This document shows, in pieces, positions 21,001 to 31,375 of a stretch of 64,000 nucleotides of DNA. Source of the stretch: an uncultured Verrucomicrobiae bacterium (GTDB taxonomy: Bacteria; Verrucomicrobiota; Verrucomicrobiia; Limisphaerales; JAFGQR01); NCBI GenBank assembly GCA_963788655.1, contig CAWBHS010000090.1:96001-160000 (forward strand). The letters run 5' to 3'. Made by a program: the position numbers and the translations under genes. Below the pieces are notes generated by a model. It had not been told where the DNA came from. It saw only the letters and a program-made list of their open reading frames with translations, and made no database searches. Numbering within the stretch: the stretch's first letter is position 1; each line of letters begins with the position of its first letter.

Positions 21001-21720
21001 TCAATCATCGAGTTCGGGGTAATGACGAAAGATCCCCTCATTGTTGAAAGGCAGACGCCGCGATGACGTCAGATATTCGGCAATACGCGGGCGCGCAGCG
21101 ACGCGATCGTGCAGCGCCAACAGCCCGGGTATGTCGTTGCGCAATCGTTGCATCATGTGCGGAAACGCGTATTGCAGGCCGGCGACGATCTGGAACATCG
21201 ACAGGTCCACGTAGGACAAGCTGCGACCGACCATCCATCCGCGGCCGGCGTTCTGGTGCGCCAATACGCGTTCGAAATAACACAACAGTTCGGGCGCGCG
21301 CTCGCTGCTGAAAAACCGCGCCCGCCGGCGCGACTCGGGTTTCTGATCGCGATAGTAGAGGGTACTGGCCACCGGATGATGGGTATCGTGTACGTCAACG
21401 ATGAAATCCTCCACGGTCAATTGCAGTTGGTGCGCCCACAGTCGGCCGCTCTCGGACTCTGGCGCCAACCCGAGCCGCGACCCGAGGTAAAAAAGTATGT
21501 TCGCAGTCTGCGCGACAATCAGCTTGCCGGCGCGAAGGAACGGCGGCGCGAACGGCGGCCGGGCAAGCGACGGTTCTTCCATCAAAGCCGTCATCGCCGC
21601 CATGCCCGCGCCCGATTCCCGGGCGATATCGAGGTAGTCGGCGTCCGCCGCCTCCAGGGCCAGGCGTACGAATTCCCCCCGCCCCTGAATGGTCGGCCAG
21701 TAGAAGAGTTCGTAGCGCAT
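21001..21720 (-). CDS. Glutathione S-transferase
   Basis: YWPTIQGRGEFVRLALE, FAPPFL, AQTANIL, SYVDLSMFQ. Confidence 0.9.
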   Translation of the reverse strand: MRYELFYWPTIQGRGEFVRLALEAADADYLDIARESGAGMAAMTALMEEPSLARPPFAPPFLRAGKLIVAQTANILFYLGSRLGLAPESESGRLWAHQLQLTVEDFIVDVHDTHHPVASTLYYRDQKPESRRRARFFSSERAPELLCYFERVLAHQNAGRGWMVGRSLSYVDLSMFQIVAGLQYAFPHMMQRLRNDIPGLLALHDRVAARPRIAEYLTSSRRLPFNNEGIFRHYPELDD

Positions 21721-21783
21721 GGCGAAGCCTCGCGGGCAAGGGCGCCGCCCACAGCAAGGCCGGCGGCGCTTATTGGCGGACGG

Positions 21784-22704
21784 CTAGAAGTTTTCCTGCT
21801 CCACTTCGAGATAGGTGCGGGATATGTTGCCGCCCATCATTTCATCGAAATACGGCAGCTTGCGCCAGGCGGTCAAATCCAACCGCTCACGGATCTCATA
21901 GGGTTGCAGGCCTTGTTTGAAGCCGGACTCGATACCGTCATACAGCGCCGCCATGCGCGCGTGCATTGCCGCCGCGTCGGCGGGTGTCATCAACGGTCCG
22001 TGGCCAGGCACGATGGTGTCGACTTCAGTCCGGCTGATTTCGGCCAGCGTCGCCACCCAGGTTTTGACATGACCGTCGCGAAAGTTCGGCATCATGCGAT
22101 GTACCAGGATATCCCCCGCAATCAACACCCGGTCTTCGGGCAACAGCACCATGAGATCGCCCGGCGTGTGCGAGCCGCCTGGCGTCCATAGCACCATATC
22201 CACCCCGTCTAGTTGCACCGGCACACGGCTTCCCTGTGTGAACGTGCGGGTGGCGGGTAGCGCATGGGTATTAGGAAATTGCATGTCGGTCAGCTGTTCC
22301 ACCAGGGAAATCCACTCCTGTTCCGTAGCCAGCACCAGTTCCCGGCATTTTTCGCTGCTGATGATCTGCGCTTGGGGAAACGCGCTGTTGCCGAGGTGAT
22401 GGTCGCCGTGGTGGTGCGTGTTGATGACATGCAGAACCGGTTTGTCGGTGATGCGTGCGACAGCGGCGCGCAAATGCCTGCCGATGGCGTCTGTAAAGCC
22501 GGTATCCACCACGATCGCGCTGTGCTCACCGATGATCAACACACTATTGACCATGTACCCTTGATTCTCCGGAGAAGGCACGCCAACCGGCCCCAGGAGG
22601 GCATACACCCGTTCGTTGATTTTCCGGACCTGCGGCGCCGGCAGATCCGCAACCGCCGTCAGGCACCAAAGCGCCGACAGGAACAGGATGACGATTCGTT
22701 GCAT
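21784..22704 (-). CDS. Exported MBL-fold metallo-hydrolase, SoxH-like
   Basis: Signal peptide; NTHHHGDHHLGN (HxHxDH), HTPGD, VPGHG. Confidence 0.82.
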   Translation of the reverse strand: MQRIVILFLSALWCLTAVADLPAPQVRKINERVYALLGPVGVPSPENQGYMVNSVLIIGEHSAIVVDTGFTDAIGRHLRAAVARITDKPVLHVINTHHHGDHHLGNSAFPQAQIISSEKCRELVLATEQEWISLVEQLTDMQFPNTHALPATRTFTQGSRVPVQLDGVDMVLWTPGGSHTPGDLMVLLPEDRVLIAGDILVHRMMPNFRDGHVKTWVATLAEISRTEVDTIVPGHGPLMTPADAAAMHARMAALYDGIESGFKQGLQPYEIRERLDLTAWRKLPYFDEMMGGNISRTYLEVEQENF

Positions 22705-22869
22705 CTCACACCTCCGATTTACACCTAAGCTGAAATGCTAGCCCAAGTCGCGGCGAAATTGCAGGTGAGGCACCAGTCTTGGCGCTCCGATCCGCGCGGC
22801 CCGGCGCTGCAACCGGAGAATCACGACGCCTTGTTGTATAGTATCGAGCCGCACTCATTCGTCGAACTC

Positions 22870-23604
22870 ATGTTGCACCTGGAACCGTTACAGATCGCCT
22901 TCGTCGTCGCGCTGTTCGTGTGGACGGGCTTTGTGCGCAGCGGCCTGGGCTTCGGCGGTGCCGCATTGGGGCTGCCGTTGCTGCTGCTGATCGATGGCCG
23001 GCCGCTGCTGTGGTTGCCGATCATCGGCGCTCACCTGCTGTTCTTCTCAGCCTTAACTCTGCGCACCCGCATCCACAACGTGCATTGGCGCTATCTGCGC
23101 CGCTCCGCTGTCTACGTCATTCCCGGGGCAATAGTGGGCGTACTCGGTCTGATCAATCTGCCTACCCGCTGGCTGCTGCTGTTCATCTATTCCATCACTT
23201 TGTTCTACGCCGTGATCTGGTTGATGAACTGGGCCATCTACAGCGAACGTAACTGGGTGGACAAGATCCTGCTGGTGCTGGGCGGCTACATTGCCGGCAC
23301 TTCTTTGAGCGGTGCGCCGCTGATGGTCGCGGTCTACATGCGCAACGTGCCGCTGGCTCAGCTGCGCAACACGTTATTCGTGTTGTGGTTCATCCTGGTC
23401 AGCATCAAGATGAGCACCTTCGTTGCGTTCGGCATCGACTTGCATCTCCTGACCGCGGTCGCCCTGCTTCCGGTGGCCGCCATCGGTCATGTGCTGGGCC
23501 TGCGTGTGCACGATTCGATCATGACCAACCAGCGTGTCTTCCAGCGCTGGATCGGCGCCGGCCTCATGGTCGTCTGCCTGCTGGGCTTGGCAAAGCTATG
23601 GTAA
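22870..23604 (+). CDS. TauE/SafE sulfite-exporter-family protein
   Basis: GFVRSGLGFGG; about eight TM; GTSLSGAPL. Confidence 0.85.
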   Translation: MLHLEPLQIAFVVALFVWTGFVRSGLGFGGAALGLPLLLLIDGRPLLWLPIIGAHLLFFSALTLRTRIHNVHWRYLRRSAVYVIPGAIVGVLGLINLPTRWLLLFIYSITLFYAVIWLMNWAIYSERNWVDKILLVLGGYIAGTSLSGAPLMVAVYMRNVPLAQLRNTLFVLWFILVSIKMSTFVAFGIDLHLLTAVALLPVAAIGHVLGLRVHDSIMTNQRVFQRWIGAGLMVVCLLGLAKLW

Positions 23605-23626
23605 GGCCTCGTCGGCGCCCGGCTCC

Positions 23627-26158
23627 TCAACTGGCGATGCCGCCGTGGAGCGCCCGCTTGTCAATCATATTGACCTTGACCGGCTCCGCCTTCCAGATTT
23701 CACGGCAGTATTCGCCGATGGTCCGGTCGGATGAAAACGGTCCGCTGCGGGCGGTATTGAGAATGGACATCCGGCTCCATTGCTCCTTGTCGCAATAGGC
23801 TTGCCCCACCCGCTCCTGGCAGTCGACATAGGACTGGAAGTCTGCCAGTAACATATACGGATCGTGGTGCAGCAAGTCGTCGACGATGGGACGAAACAGT
23901 CCGCTGTCGCCGTGGGAGAAGCTGCCGTCGAGCAGCAGCGCAATAATCGCTTGTAACTCCGGACTGCTTCGATAGACATCCTGCGGTGAATATCCCTGGG
24001 CGCGCAGGGTCTGCACTTCCGGGGCGGTCAAGCCGAACAAAAAGAAGTTATCCGCGCCGACCTGATCACGAATCTCGACGTTGGCGCCATCCAGGGTGCC
24101 GATGGTCAGCGCACCGTTCATGCAAAACTTCATATTGCCGGTGCCCGAGGCTTCCTTGCCGGCTGTGGAAATTTGCTCCGACAACTCCGCTGCCGGATAG
24201 ATTCGCTGCCCGTTGCTGACGTTGAAGTTCGGCAGAAACACGACCTTGATCTGGTCCCGCAGTCCGGGATCATGATTCACCACTTCGCCCACCCCGTTGA
24301 TGAGCGCAATGATGAGCTTGGCCATACGATATCCTGGCGCGGCCTTGCCACCGAATATAAACGTGCGCGGAGCGATGTCCAACTTCGGATCGTTCTTCAA
24401 TCGCAGGTACAGGGCGATGATGTGCAGCACGTTGAGGTGCTGGCGCTTGTATTCATGGATACGCTTCACCTGCACATCGAACAAACTGCCTGGATCGACC
24501 TTGGTTCCGGTGCGTCGACGCAGAAAGGAAGCGAAGTTTTCCTTTACGTTGCGTTTGACGAAGCGCCATTCGCGGCGGAAAGAGGCATCTTCGGCGTAGG
24601 GTTCCAGCAGTTGAAGCTGATCGAGATCCTTCACCCAGCCGTCGCCAATGGTTCGGTTCAGCAGCGAACTCAGCCCCGGGTTGGAGAGCGCCAACCAGCG
24701 CCGCGGTGTGACCCCGTTGGTCTTGCTGCTGAACTTTTCCGGCCACATGACGTGGAAGTCGGACAATACGTCCTGCTGCAGCAGCTCCGTGTGCAACGCC
24801 GCAACGCCGTTGATCGCGTAACTGCCGATACACGCCAGGTTCGCCATGCGTACGTAACGCTCTCCGTCCTCGTTGATCAGCGACATGCGCGCCAGGCGAG
24901 CGTGATCGCCGAGAAAGCGTGTGCGCACTTGGTCGAGAAAACGACTGTTGAGCTCGAAAATGATCTCCAGGTGCCGGGGCAATACGCGCTTGAACAACTC
25001 CAGCGGCCATTCCTCCAGTGCCTCGGGCAACAGCGTGTGATTTGTATAGCCGATGGCATTGCGGGTGACGTGCCAGGCTTCGTCCCATGCCATATGGTTC
25101 TCGTCCACCAACAGACGCATCAGTTCCGCCACGGCAATCGCCGGATGGGTGTCATTGAGTTGGACCGCGAACTTTTCGTGGAATCGATCCAAGGGAACCC
25201 GCTGAATGTGCATGATCCGCAGCATGTCCTGCAGCGAACATGAAACGAAGAAGTATTGCTGTTGCAGCCGCAATTCCTTGCCCTGCACCTGCTCGTCGCT
25301 CGGATAAAGCACCTTGGTGATATTTTCCGACACCACCTTCTGGTTCACCGCACCCCAGTAATCGCCGCGGTTGAAGGTGGAAAGGTCGAACGACTCCGGT
25401 GCCTCGGCGCGCCAAAGGCGCAGCGTGTTCGCGGTGTTGTTGCGGTATCCGAGTATGGGCGTGTCGTAGGGTATTCCGTTCACGATCCAGGCCGGCTGCC
25501 AATGGGCACGATGGCAGCCGTCGCCATCGGTATAGTGCTGCACCCGGCCGCCGAGTTTCACCGCCGCGGCCCACTCGGGACGCGGAATCTCCCATGGGTT
25601 GCCGCGACTCAACCATTTGTCGGTGCGTTCGACTTGTTCGCCGGCGACGATGTCCTGGGCGAAGATGCCGAACTCGTAGCGAATGCCGTACCCGATCGCA
25701 GGAATCTCCAATGTGGCCAGAGAGTCGAGGAAGCACGCCGCCAGCCGCCCCAGGCCGCCGTTTCCCAATCCCGGTTCCGGCTCCTGACCCAGCAGTTCAT
25801 GCAGACTGAATCCGAGTTCGCGCACGGTTTCGCGGACCGGCTCGTGGATGCCCAGGTTGAGCAGGTTATTGCCCAGGTGCGGGCCGAGCAGGAACTCGGC
25901 CGACAAATACGCCACGGTACGCGACTGCAACCGGGTATAGGTTTCCGCAGTGCTGATCCAGCGCTCCAACAGGCGGTCACGCACCGTATAGGCAAGCGCC
26001 ATGTAGTAATCGTTCATGGTCGCAAGGCCAGGAAACTTGCCTTGGACATAGAACAAGTTATCCAACAGGGTCTTCTTGAGCGCCTCCTTGTCGAGGCTGG
26101 TGCGGTCATCGCCTGCGGGCGGTGGCGGGGTGAGAGGCACGATGTTGGCTTCGGTCAT
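23627..26158 (-). CDS. glgP: Glycogen/alpha-glucan phosphorylase
   Basis: GLGNGGLGRLAAC, QLNDTHP, KRIHEYKRQ, PLP motif EASGTGNMK. Confidence 0.98.
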   Translation of the reverse strand: MTEANIVPLTPPPPAGDDRTSLDKEALKKTLLDNLFYVQGKFPGLATMNDYYMALAYTVRDRLLERWISTAETYTRLQSRTVAYLSAEFLLGPHLGNNLLNLGIHEPVRETVRELGFSLHELLGQEPEPGLGNGGLGRLAACFLDSLATLEIPAIGYGIRYEFGIFAQDIVAGEQVERTDKWLSRGNPWEIPRPEWAAAVKLGGRVQHYTDGDGCHRAHWQPAWIVNGIPYDTPILGYRNNTANTLRLWRAEAPESFDLSTFNRGDYWGAVNQKVVSENITKVLYPSDEQVQGKELRLQQQYFFVSCSLQDMLRIMHIQRVPLDRFHEKFAVQLNDTHPAIAVAELMRLLVDENHMAWDEAWHVTRNAIGYTNHTLLPEALEEWPLELFKRVLPRHLEIIFELNSRFLDQVRTRFLGDHARLARMSLINEDGERYVRMANLACIGSYAINGVAALHTELLQQDVLSDFHVMWPEKFSSKTNGVTPRRWLALSNPGLSSLLNRTIGDGWVKDLDQLQLLEPYAEDASFRREWRFVKRNVKENFASFLRRRTGTKVDPGSLFDVQVKRIHEYKRQHLNVLHIIALYLRLKNDPKLDIAPRTFIFGGKAAPGYRMAKLIIALINGVGEVVNHDPGLRDQIKVVFLPNFNVSNGQRIYPAAELSEQISTAGKEASGTGNMKFCMNGALTIGTLDGANVEIRDQVGADNFFLFGLTAPEVQTLRAQGYSPQDVYRSSPELQAIIALLLDGSFSHGDSGLFRPIVDDLLHHDPYMLLADFQSYVDCQERVGQAYCDKEQWSRMSILNTARSGPFSSDRTIGEYCREIWKAEPVKVNMIDKRALHGGIAS

Positions 26159-26609
26159 GGCGAACGGACACTCGTATTAAGCTGTGCTCGATATCGAGCA
26201 AGATCGGTGCCGACTGGGACACCGGCGGCGAACCAAAACAGTCCGTCAAATCATAAACATGGGGATCACGACCCAGACCTGTAGCGACAATTTACACGCC
26301 GCCCGGGAGGCCGATTGGTGCATTCGGGTTTCGACGTGCACTGAATTGGGACATTGCAGCATGGAACGCGAGGACCGACCGGTCAACGACAGCATACGCC
26401 CATTGAACCCGCGCCGCACGGATGCCGGCACCGGCGTAACCGAGCATCATGGTCCTCGGGCAGTATCGGCTGTCCGGGCAATCGCGTGCAGACGTCAATC
26501 CGCGGCTGTACAGCCGGCTCCGGAGCCGGGCCCACTGATGCTATGGTGTGTACCCTGGCGCCGCCAAATCCGGTGTCGCGACAATCTTCTCACCGGCTTG
26601 CGATCACCC

Positions 26610-28238
26610 ATGCCCGATACCGCCTCCGACCGCGTCCGCGCGTACCACCAACGCAGCAAACATCATTTCCAGCGCTTCGCTCCCGGTCCCGGCGGCCTGG
26701 ACTGGCGCAATCAGCCCGACCCATTCCGTACCTTCAACGGCAGTCCGCGGTTGGAACTGCCGCTGCTCGCGCCGCCACCCGGACCGCTATACGTCGACCT
26801 GTACCGCCCCGCCACCATCGCCGCCCAGCCGTTTAACATGGCCAACCTGGCAGCCCTGCTCGAGTTGGCTTTCGGCATTTCGGCCTGGAAGCAATACGGT
26901 GAATCGCGCTGGGCGCTGCGTTGCAATCCCTCCAGCGGCAATCTCCACCCCACCGAAGCCTATGTAGTGCTGCCGGACGGGGACGGTTTCGCGGCGGGCT
27001 CCTATCACTATCTAAGCCGCGACCACGTGCTGGAGCAGCGCTGCCGTTACCCAACAAAGCAGGACTACGCTTCCGCACTACCGCCCGGCGCGTTTCTGGT
27101 CGGACTGTCCTCGATCCATTGGCGCGAGGCATGGAAATACGGGGAACGTGCTTATCGTTATTGCCAGCATGACGTCGGCCACGCGATCGCCGCACTGCGG
27201 TACGCCGCCGCTGCCCTCGGCTGGCGAGCGCAGTTGTTGCTCGAGTGGGCCGATGCCGAGGTCGGTAGTGTGCTGGGCACTGACCGCGATACCGATTTCG
27301 TCGGCGCCGAACGTGAACATCCGGACCTCATGTTGCTGGTGCAAACCCAACCACACACGCCGCTGTCGGGCGTGTTGGCCGAACTACTCCTGCAAGCGGC
27401 GGCAACCGGAGACTGGCTCGGAACCGCCAACGCGTTGTCGCCCGGCCACTCGCATCATTGGCCGATCATCGATCAGGTCGCCGCCGCCTGTGCCAAGCCG
27501 CGCACCGAGGAACTCTGCTGGCAGGCGCCACCGCTGCCGGCAGCCTTCGATAGCGATTGCGATGCAAGCGCCGCCACCATTATCAAACAACGCCGCAGCG
27601 CCCAGGCGCTGGACAGCATCACCTCGATCCCGGCCCAAACTCTTTATCGCCTGCTCGACTTGACGCTGCCACGCGGCATCGCGCCTTTCGACGTCATCAC
27701 GTGGCGCCCGCGGCTGCATCTGTTGCTATTCGTGCACCGCGTGGATGGACTGGCGCCCGGACTGTACTGGTTCCTGCGCCGCGCCCGGGACGAGTCGGAA
27801 CTGCGCGCGAATTGCTCGCCCGAATTCGAATGGACCCCCGTGCACGACTGCCCGAGCCACTTCCACCTCTACCGTCTGGCGACGGGCGACATGCGCGATG
27901 CCGCCCGGATTCTATCCTGTCAGCAGGACATCGCTGCCGACGGCGCCTTCAGCCTGGGCATGCTGGCGGAGTACGCTGGCTCCCTGGCGGCGGGACCGTG
28001 GGTCTACCCGCAATTGTTCTGGGAAGCAGGCGTGATCGGCCAGGTGTTATACCTGGAAGCCGAAGCGGCCGGCATCCGCGGTACCGGCATCGGTTGCTAT
28101 TTCGATGACGGCGTGCACGAAATCCTGGGACTCGAAAACCAAACTTTACAAAGCATGTACCACTTCACCGCCGGCGGCCCATTGATCGATGCCCGGTTGC
28201 AGACCTTGCCGCCTTACGCGCATCTGAATCGAACCTGA
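26610..28238 (+). CDS. SagB/ThcOx-family double-nitroreductase-domain protein
   Basis: LDWRNQPDPFR, LRCNPSSGNLHPTEAY, REAWKYGERAYRY, GTGIGCYFDD; ATG at 26610 preferred. Confidence 0.9.
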   Translation: MPDTASDRVRAYHQRSKHHFQRFAPGPGGLDWRNQPDPFRTFNGSPRLELPLLAPPPGPLYVDLYRPATIAAQPFNMANLAALLELAFGISAWKQYGESRWALRCNPSSGNLHPTEAYVVLPDGDGFAAGSYHYLSRDHVLEQRCRYPTKQDYASALPPGAFLVGLSSIHWREAWKYGERAYRYCQHDVGHAIAALRYAAAALGWRAQLLLEWADAEVGSVLGTDRDTDFVGAEREHPDLMLLVQTQPHTPLSGVLAELLLQAAATGDWLGTANALSPGHSHHWPIIDQVAAACAKPRTEELCWQAPPLPAAFDSDCDASAATIIKQRRSAQALDSITSIPAQTLYRLLDLTLPRGIAPFDVITWRPRLHLLLFVHRVDGLAPGLYWFLRRARDESELRANCSPEFEWTPVHDCPSHFHLYRLATGDMRDAARILSCQQDIAADGAFSLGMLAEYAGSLAAGPWVYPQLFWEAGVIGQVLYLEAEAAGIRGTGIGCYFDDGVHEILGLENQTLQSMYHFTAGGPLIDARLQTLPPYAHLNRT

Positions 28239-28346
28239 GCTAATGAATCCCCGACCCCGCAAGGCCGCTTGGGCCCGCAACCACACCGCGCCGCGCGCTG
28301 CGCGCCGACGACGCAGTTGGGGCATCGATCGCGCTACGGTGTGGCC

Positions 28347-28859
28347 ATGCTGAGCCGGTGGTTCAAAATACACCCTCCTTCCCCAAAACCCAGCTTGGTG
28401 GGAATTTTCATCGCTCCCGCCGCCGGCCGACCGATGACCTGCGTCGATTGCGCAGACGCTGAAGCAGGCGCGGGACTCGCCGGCGACCGTTATGGCGCAA
28501 ACGCCGGCTTCTGGAAAGCCACCGACGCCTGCCAGGTCACCTTGATCACCGAGCATGAACTTCAACGGGCGCGGACACGCGACCCGGCCCTCAGGACCAA
28601 GCTCGCCACCGGCCACCACCGCCGCAACCTGGTGATTCGCGGATTGACACCGCAGCAGATCGAAGGCCGGTGTTTCAGGATCGGAACCGCGACGTTTCAA
28701 CATCTCAAGCCACGACCACCTTGCGGCTACCTCGACCAGATCGAAGGCGCCGGCATGTGCAGAGCGCTGGGGCGCAACAGCGGCATGTGTCTCCGGGTCG
28801 TCGAGAGCGGCGTCTTCGCGGTTGGTGACACGGTCGAATTGCTCCAAACGTCACGATAG
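28347..28859 (+). CDS. MOSC domain protein
   Basis: GLAGDRY, QVTLI, RRNLV, PCGYL. Confidence 0.88.
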   Translation: MLSRWFKIHPPSPKPSLVGIFIAPAAGRPMTCVDCADAEAGAGLAGDRYGANAGFWKATDACQVTLITEHELQRARTRDPALRTKLATGHHRRNLVIRGLTPQQIEGRCFRIGTATFQHLKPRPPCGYLDQIEGAGMCRALGRNSGMCLRVVESGVFAVGDTVELLQTSR

Positions 28860-28936
28860 CGAAACCAGCCGTACCCGCGCCGGGCGTGGCTCGCGGTCCC
28901 GGCGCAGCAAGCACGGGGCACCGCTAGAACCGCAGC

Positions 28937-29569
28937 TCACGCAGGGCCGTGCGGGGTCATGTTCATCTCGAACATGTGACCGTGCCCTTGCGTCCACTCG
29001 CGTGCCATCGCCCCCTGCAGTTGCGCACGGCTGTTGCCGTACTCCGCCCGCCGGTATTCGAAGCCATGGGGTAACGAAACCTGCACCCGATGCGGCTCGC
29101 CGGTCACGGGATTGCGAATCGGCTCATCCGCCACGTCGACCAGCCCCGGCACGCGGAAACTCCCCGTGCAGGCATCGATATCCGCCTCGAACTGGATCGG
29201 CGCGATCCGCGGCTCATGCATGGTTTCGAAGGTCGCGGCGAACACATTGAATACCGTTGCGCCGGGCTCGGTTTCCTGGCCAGAGAGGATGTTCAGCAAG
29301 GCGGCACGCTGCTCCTCTGTGGTGTTTTCATCGAGTATCGGTAACACCTGCCCGTGCCCTTCATGGATAGCGCCAGGCCACAAGGCGATCGCGGCGAACT
29401 TGGCGTTGTCCAAATCCACGCTGCCGAAATGTCCCGACTTGATGTGCATCGCGAACGCGGCGTGACAGTCGCCGTGGGAAGGTCGGCTGTTGAACTGGCA
29501 AGGACAACCCCAGTCGCAATTACACGCTGCTACGAATGGTCCGCGAATATTCCAATCTTTATAGGCCAT
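28937..29569 (-). CDS. DUF1326 protein
   Basis: ACNCDWGCPCQFN...GDC, WPGAIHEG; RBS GGAGG. Confidence 0.88.
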   Translation of the reverse strand: MAYKDWNIRGPFVAACNCDWGCPCQFNSRPSHGDCHAAFAMHIKSGHFGSVDLDNAKFAAIALWPGAIHEGHGQVLPILDENTTEEQRAALLNILSGQETEPGATVFNVFAATFETMHEPRIAPIQFEADIDACTGSFRVPGLVDVADEPIRNPVTGEPHRVQVSLPHGFEYRRAEYGNSRAQLQGAMAREWTQGHGHMFEMNMTPHGPA

Positions 29570-29640
29570 TGCTCTACCTCCGTAGTGCAGATTTCGGTCG
29601 TTACAGGCGGCGTACGCCGTCCACGGGTTACGGCGTGGCG

Positions 29641-30411
29641 TCAGATCAAACCGCCGATGATCGTCGAACCCCAGACTAACAGCGCGACGCCCGCGATCCG
29701 ACCCAGCCACTGCCCGGCGGGCAGTACTTTTTCCAATAGCACAAGCGCTGCCAAAACCGCTGCCCAGAGCAGGTCCATCACGCCGCTGACGAACAGCAGC
29801 AACATCAATACCCAGCAGCAACCGACGCAATACGCGCCGTGTACCAGGCCGAGACGCAAAATGCCGCGCAGCCCGGGCCGCCAATTTGCCAACAGAAACA
29901 TCAACGGCGAGCGGCAATGCGCCAGACAGCGGGACTTCAGCGGCGTCCATTGGTATATTCCAGCCGCCATCAAGACCACGGCCGCGCTCACCGGCTGCGT
30001 CAAGCCGTCCTCGGAGAGCAAACGTGCGCTCTGCAGGCTGCCCTGCAACAGCGTCGCTACGGCGGAGAACGCGGTCCAGATGATGAGATAGCCGAGGATG
30101 AAGAACGCAGTTCTGATGTTGGAATTACCGGGTGCCCGCGACACCAGCAACACAACGGGCGCCGCGCTGGGCAGCATCATGCCGGCCATCATCACCGTCC
30201 ACATGAGAAAAGCCAGCCAAGCGGTGGTAAGGCTCCAGGGTTCGGGCACAGACGACATACCCGACATCCCGTCCGCACCCGACATGCCGCGGGATATGTC
30301 GAGCAGATACACCCAGGCCAGTATCGTCAACGCGAGCAACGCGCCGAGCACCAGCCATGTCTGCCAGCGCGCACCGGGAGCCAACCGGACCATGGTTGCA
30401 GGTCGGGACAT
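29641..30411 (-). CDS. DUF2182 predicted metal-binding membrane protein
   Basis: MWTVMMAGMMLPS, YQWTPLKSRCLAHCRSP, YCVGCCWVLM. Confidence 0.9.
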   Translation of the reverse strand: MSRPATMVRLAPGARWQTWLVLGALLALTILAWVYLLDISRGMSGADGMSGMSSVPEPWSLTTAWLAFLMWTVMMAGMMLPSAAPVVLLVSRAPGNSNIRTAFFILGYLIIWTAFSAVATLLQGSLQSARLLSEDGLTQPVSAAVVLMAAGIYQWTPLKSRCLAHCRSPLMFLLANWRPGLRGILRLGLVHGAYCVGCCWVLMLLLFVSGVMDLLWAAVLAALVLLEKVLPAGQWLGRIAGVALLVWGSTIIGGLI

Positions 30412-30620
30412 GCCGCCGTTCCTTCGCTCAATGGTGAACGCAACGTCGAGAGCCGACGGGCCACCGCGGAAAAAATTCCGGAGGGCCTGAGTATAGCAGT
30501 GGTCCGGCGGTTGTGAGGGCGGCGCGGCGTAACGCCATACCACGGGCGACAGGAATTGGTTTGCGAGGTACTGTATGGTCGTTGAGAACTTTTGCCGCCG
30601 CGGTTTGCCGCGGTGCAAAC

Positions 30621-30648
30621 AAACGGGGCGGTACGCACCGCCCCGTTC
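30621..30648. terminator. Intrinsic terminator after the rhodanese gene
   Basis: AAACGGGGCGGT-ACGC-ACCGCCCCGTTT perfect hairpin with T-rich flanks, 22 bp past the stop codon. Confidence 0.8.
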
Positions 30649-30670
30649 TTATTGCGCGTAGTCTTAACGG

Positions 30671-31375
30671 CTACTCGTAGTAGTAATAGGCATAAGGCTG
30701 ATAGATCAACTGCGGCAGCAGCTTGGTGGAATACGGCAGACCCTGATAATAACGCCAGCCGTCATTGTCCTGGTCCGTGATCTGACCGTCGTGATTCAGG
30801 TCCAGCGGCCCGTTCAAATTAACGTCCACTTTGGTTCGTCCTACGAAACCCTGCCAGATATTACGCACGTGGCTGTAACCGGCCGCCGTCAACAGGTTTG
30901 CCGCCAGCACGCTGCGATGTCCGGTTCTGCACAAGGTAAAGATCGGCGTATCCTTGTTCGGAAATGCTTGCTCGACCGCGGCGACGAAATCGCCGTCAGC
31001 CTGCGGTACTCTGTCACCTCCGCCGATACAAGCGCCATCCGGAGAACGTTCCGAACACGGTTGATAGATGAAGGGATACGGGATGTTGGTCGCACCTTCT
31101 GGATGACCGGCGACGTATTCGGGAATGCTGCGCACATCGATAATGACCGGCTGCGGTTTACCGTGCATCGCGCCCTGGTTGTGGCCGTGATCCCAGCCGT
31201 TATCGTCCACCGCTTTCAGGTAAGCTTCAGCGGCGCTGATTTCGGAATGATAGTTATGGGGCAAGCAATACCGGTTGGTAGGCTCGGCGCAATCGTCCGC
31301 CAACGCCGGGACCGCGGCAACTGCCAGAAACGTTCCGACCATGATGATGCTGGTAGCGTTTTTTGTTTTTCTCAC
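30671..31375 (-). CDS. Exported rhodanese-domain protein
   Basis: Signal peptide ending ALA; IIDVRS..EY..GHP; active-site loop CRTGHRS; DLNHDGQITDQD loop. Confidence 0.88.
   Translation of the reverse strand: MRKTKNATSIIMVGTFLAVAAVPALADDCAEPTNRYCLPHNYHSEISAAEAYLKAVDDNGWDHGHNQGAMHGKPQPVIIDVRSIPEYVAGHPEGATNIPYPFIYQPCSERSPDGACIGGGDRVPQADGDFVAAVEQAFPNKDTPIFTLCRTGHRSVLAANLLTAAGYSHVRNIWQGFVGRTKVDVNLNGPLDLNHDGQITDQDNDGWRYYQGLPYSTKLLPQLIYQPYAYYYYE

Noticed and set aside
26184..26609. Long N-terminal extensions in the ORF track (also from 3235, 5552, 29950, 32952, 42902, 48934)
   Set aside because: Family motifs and RBS positions point to later starts; the extensions are low-information Arg/Ala/Pro sequence.
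26610..28859. SagB/ThcOx gene as part of a thiazole/oxazole RiPP cluster
   Set aside because: No YcaO cyclodehydratase, precursor peptide or exporter nearby; this double-nitroreductase family commonly stands alone.
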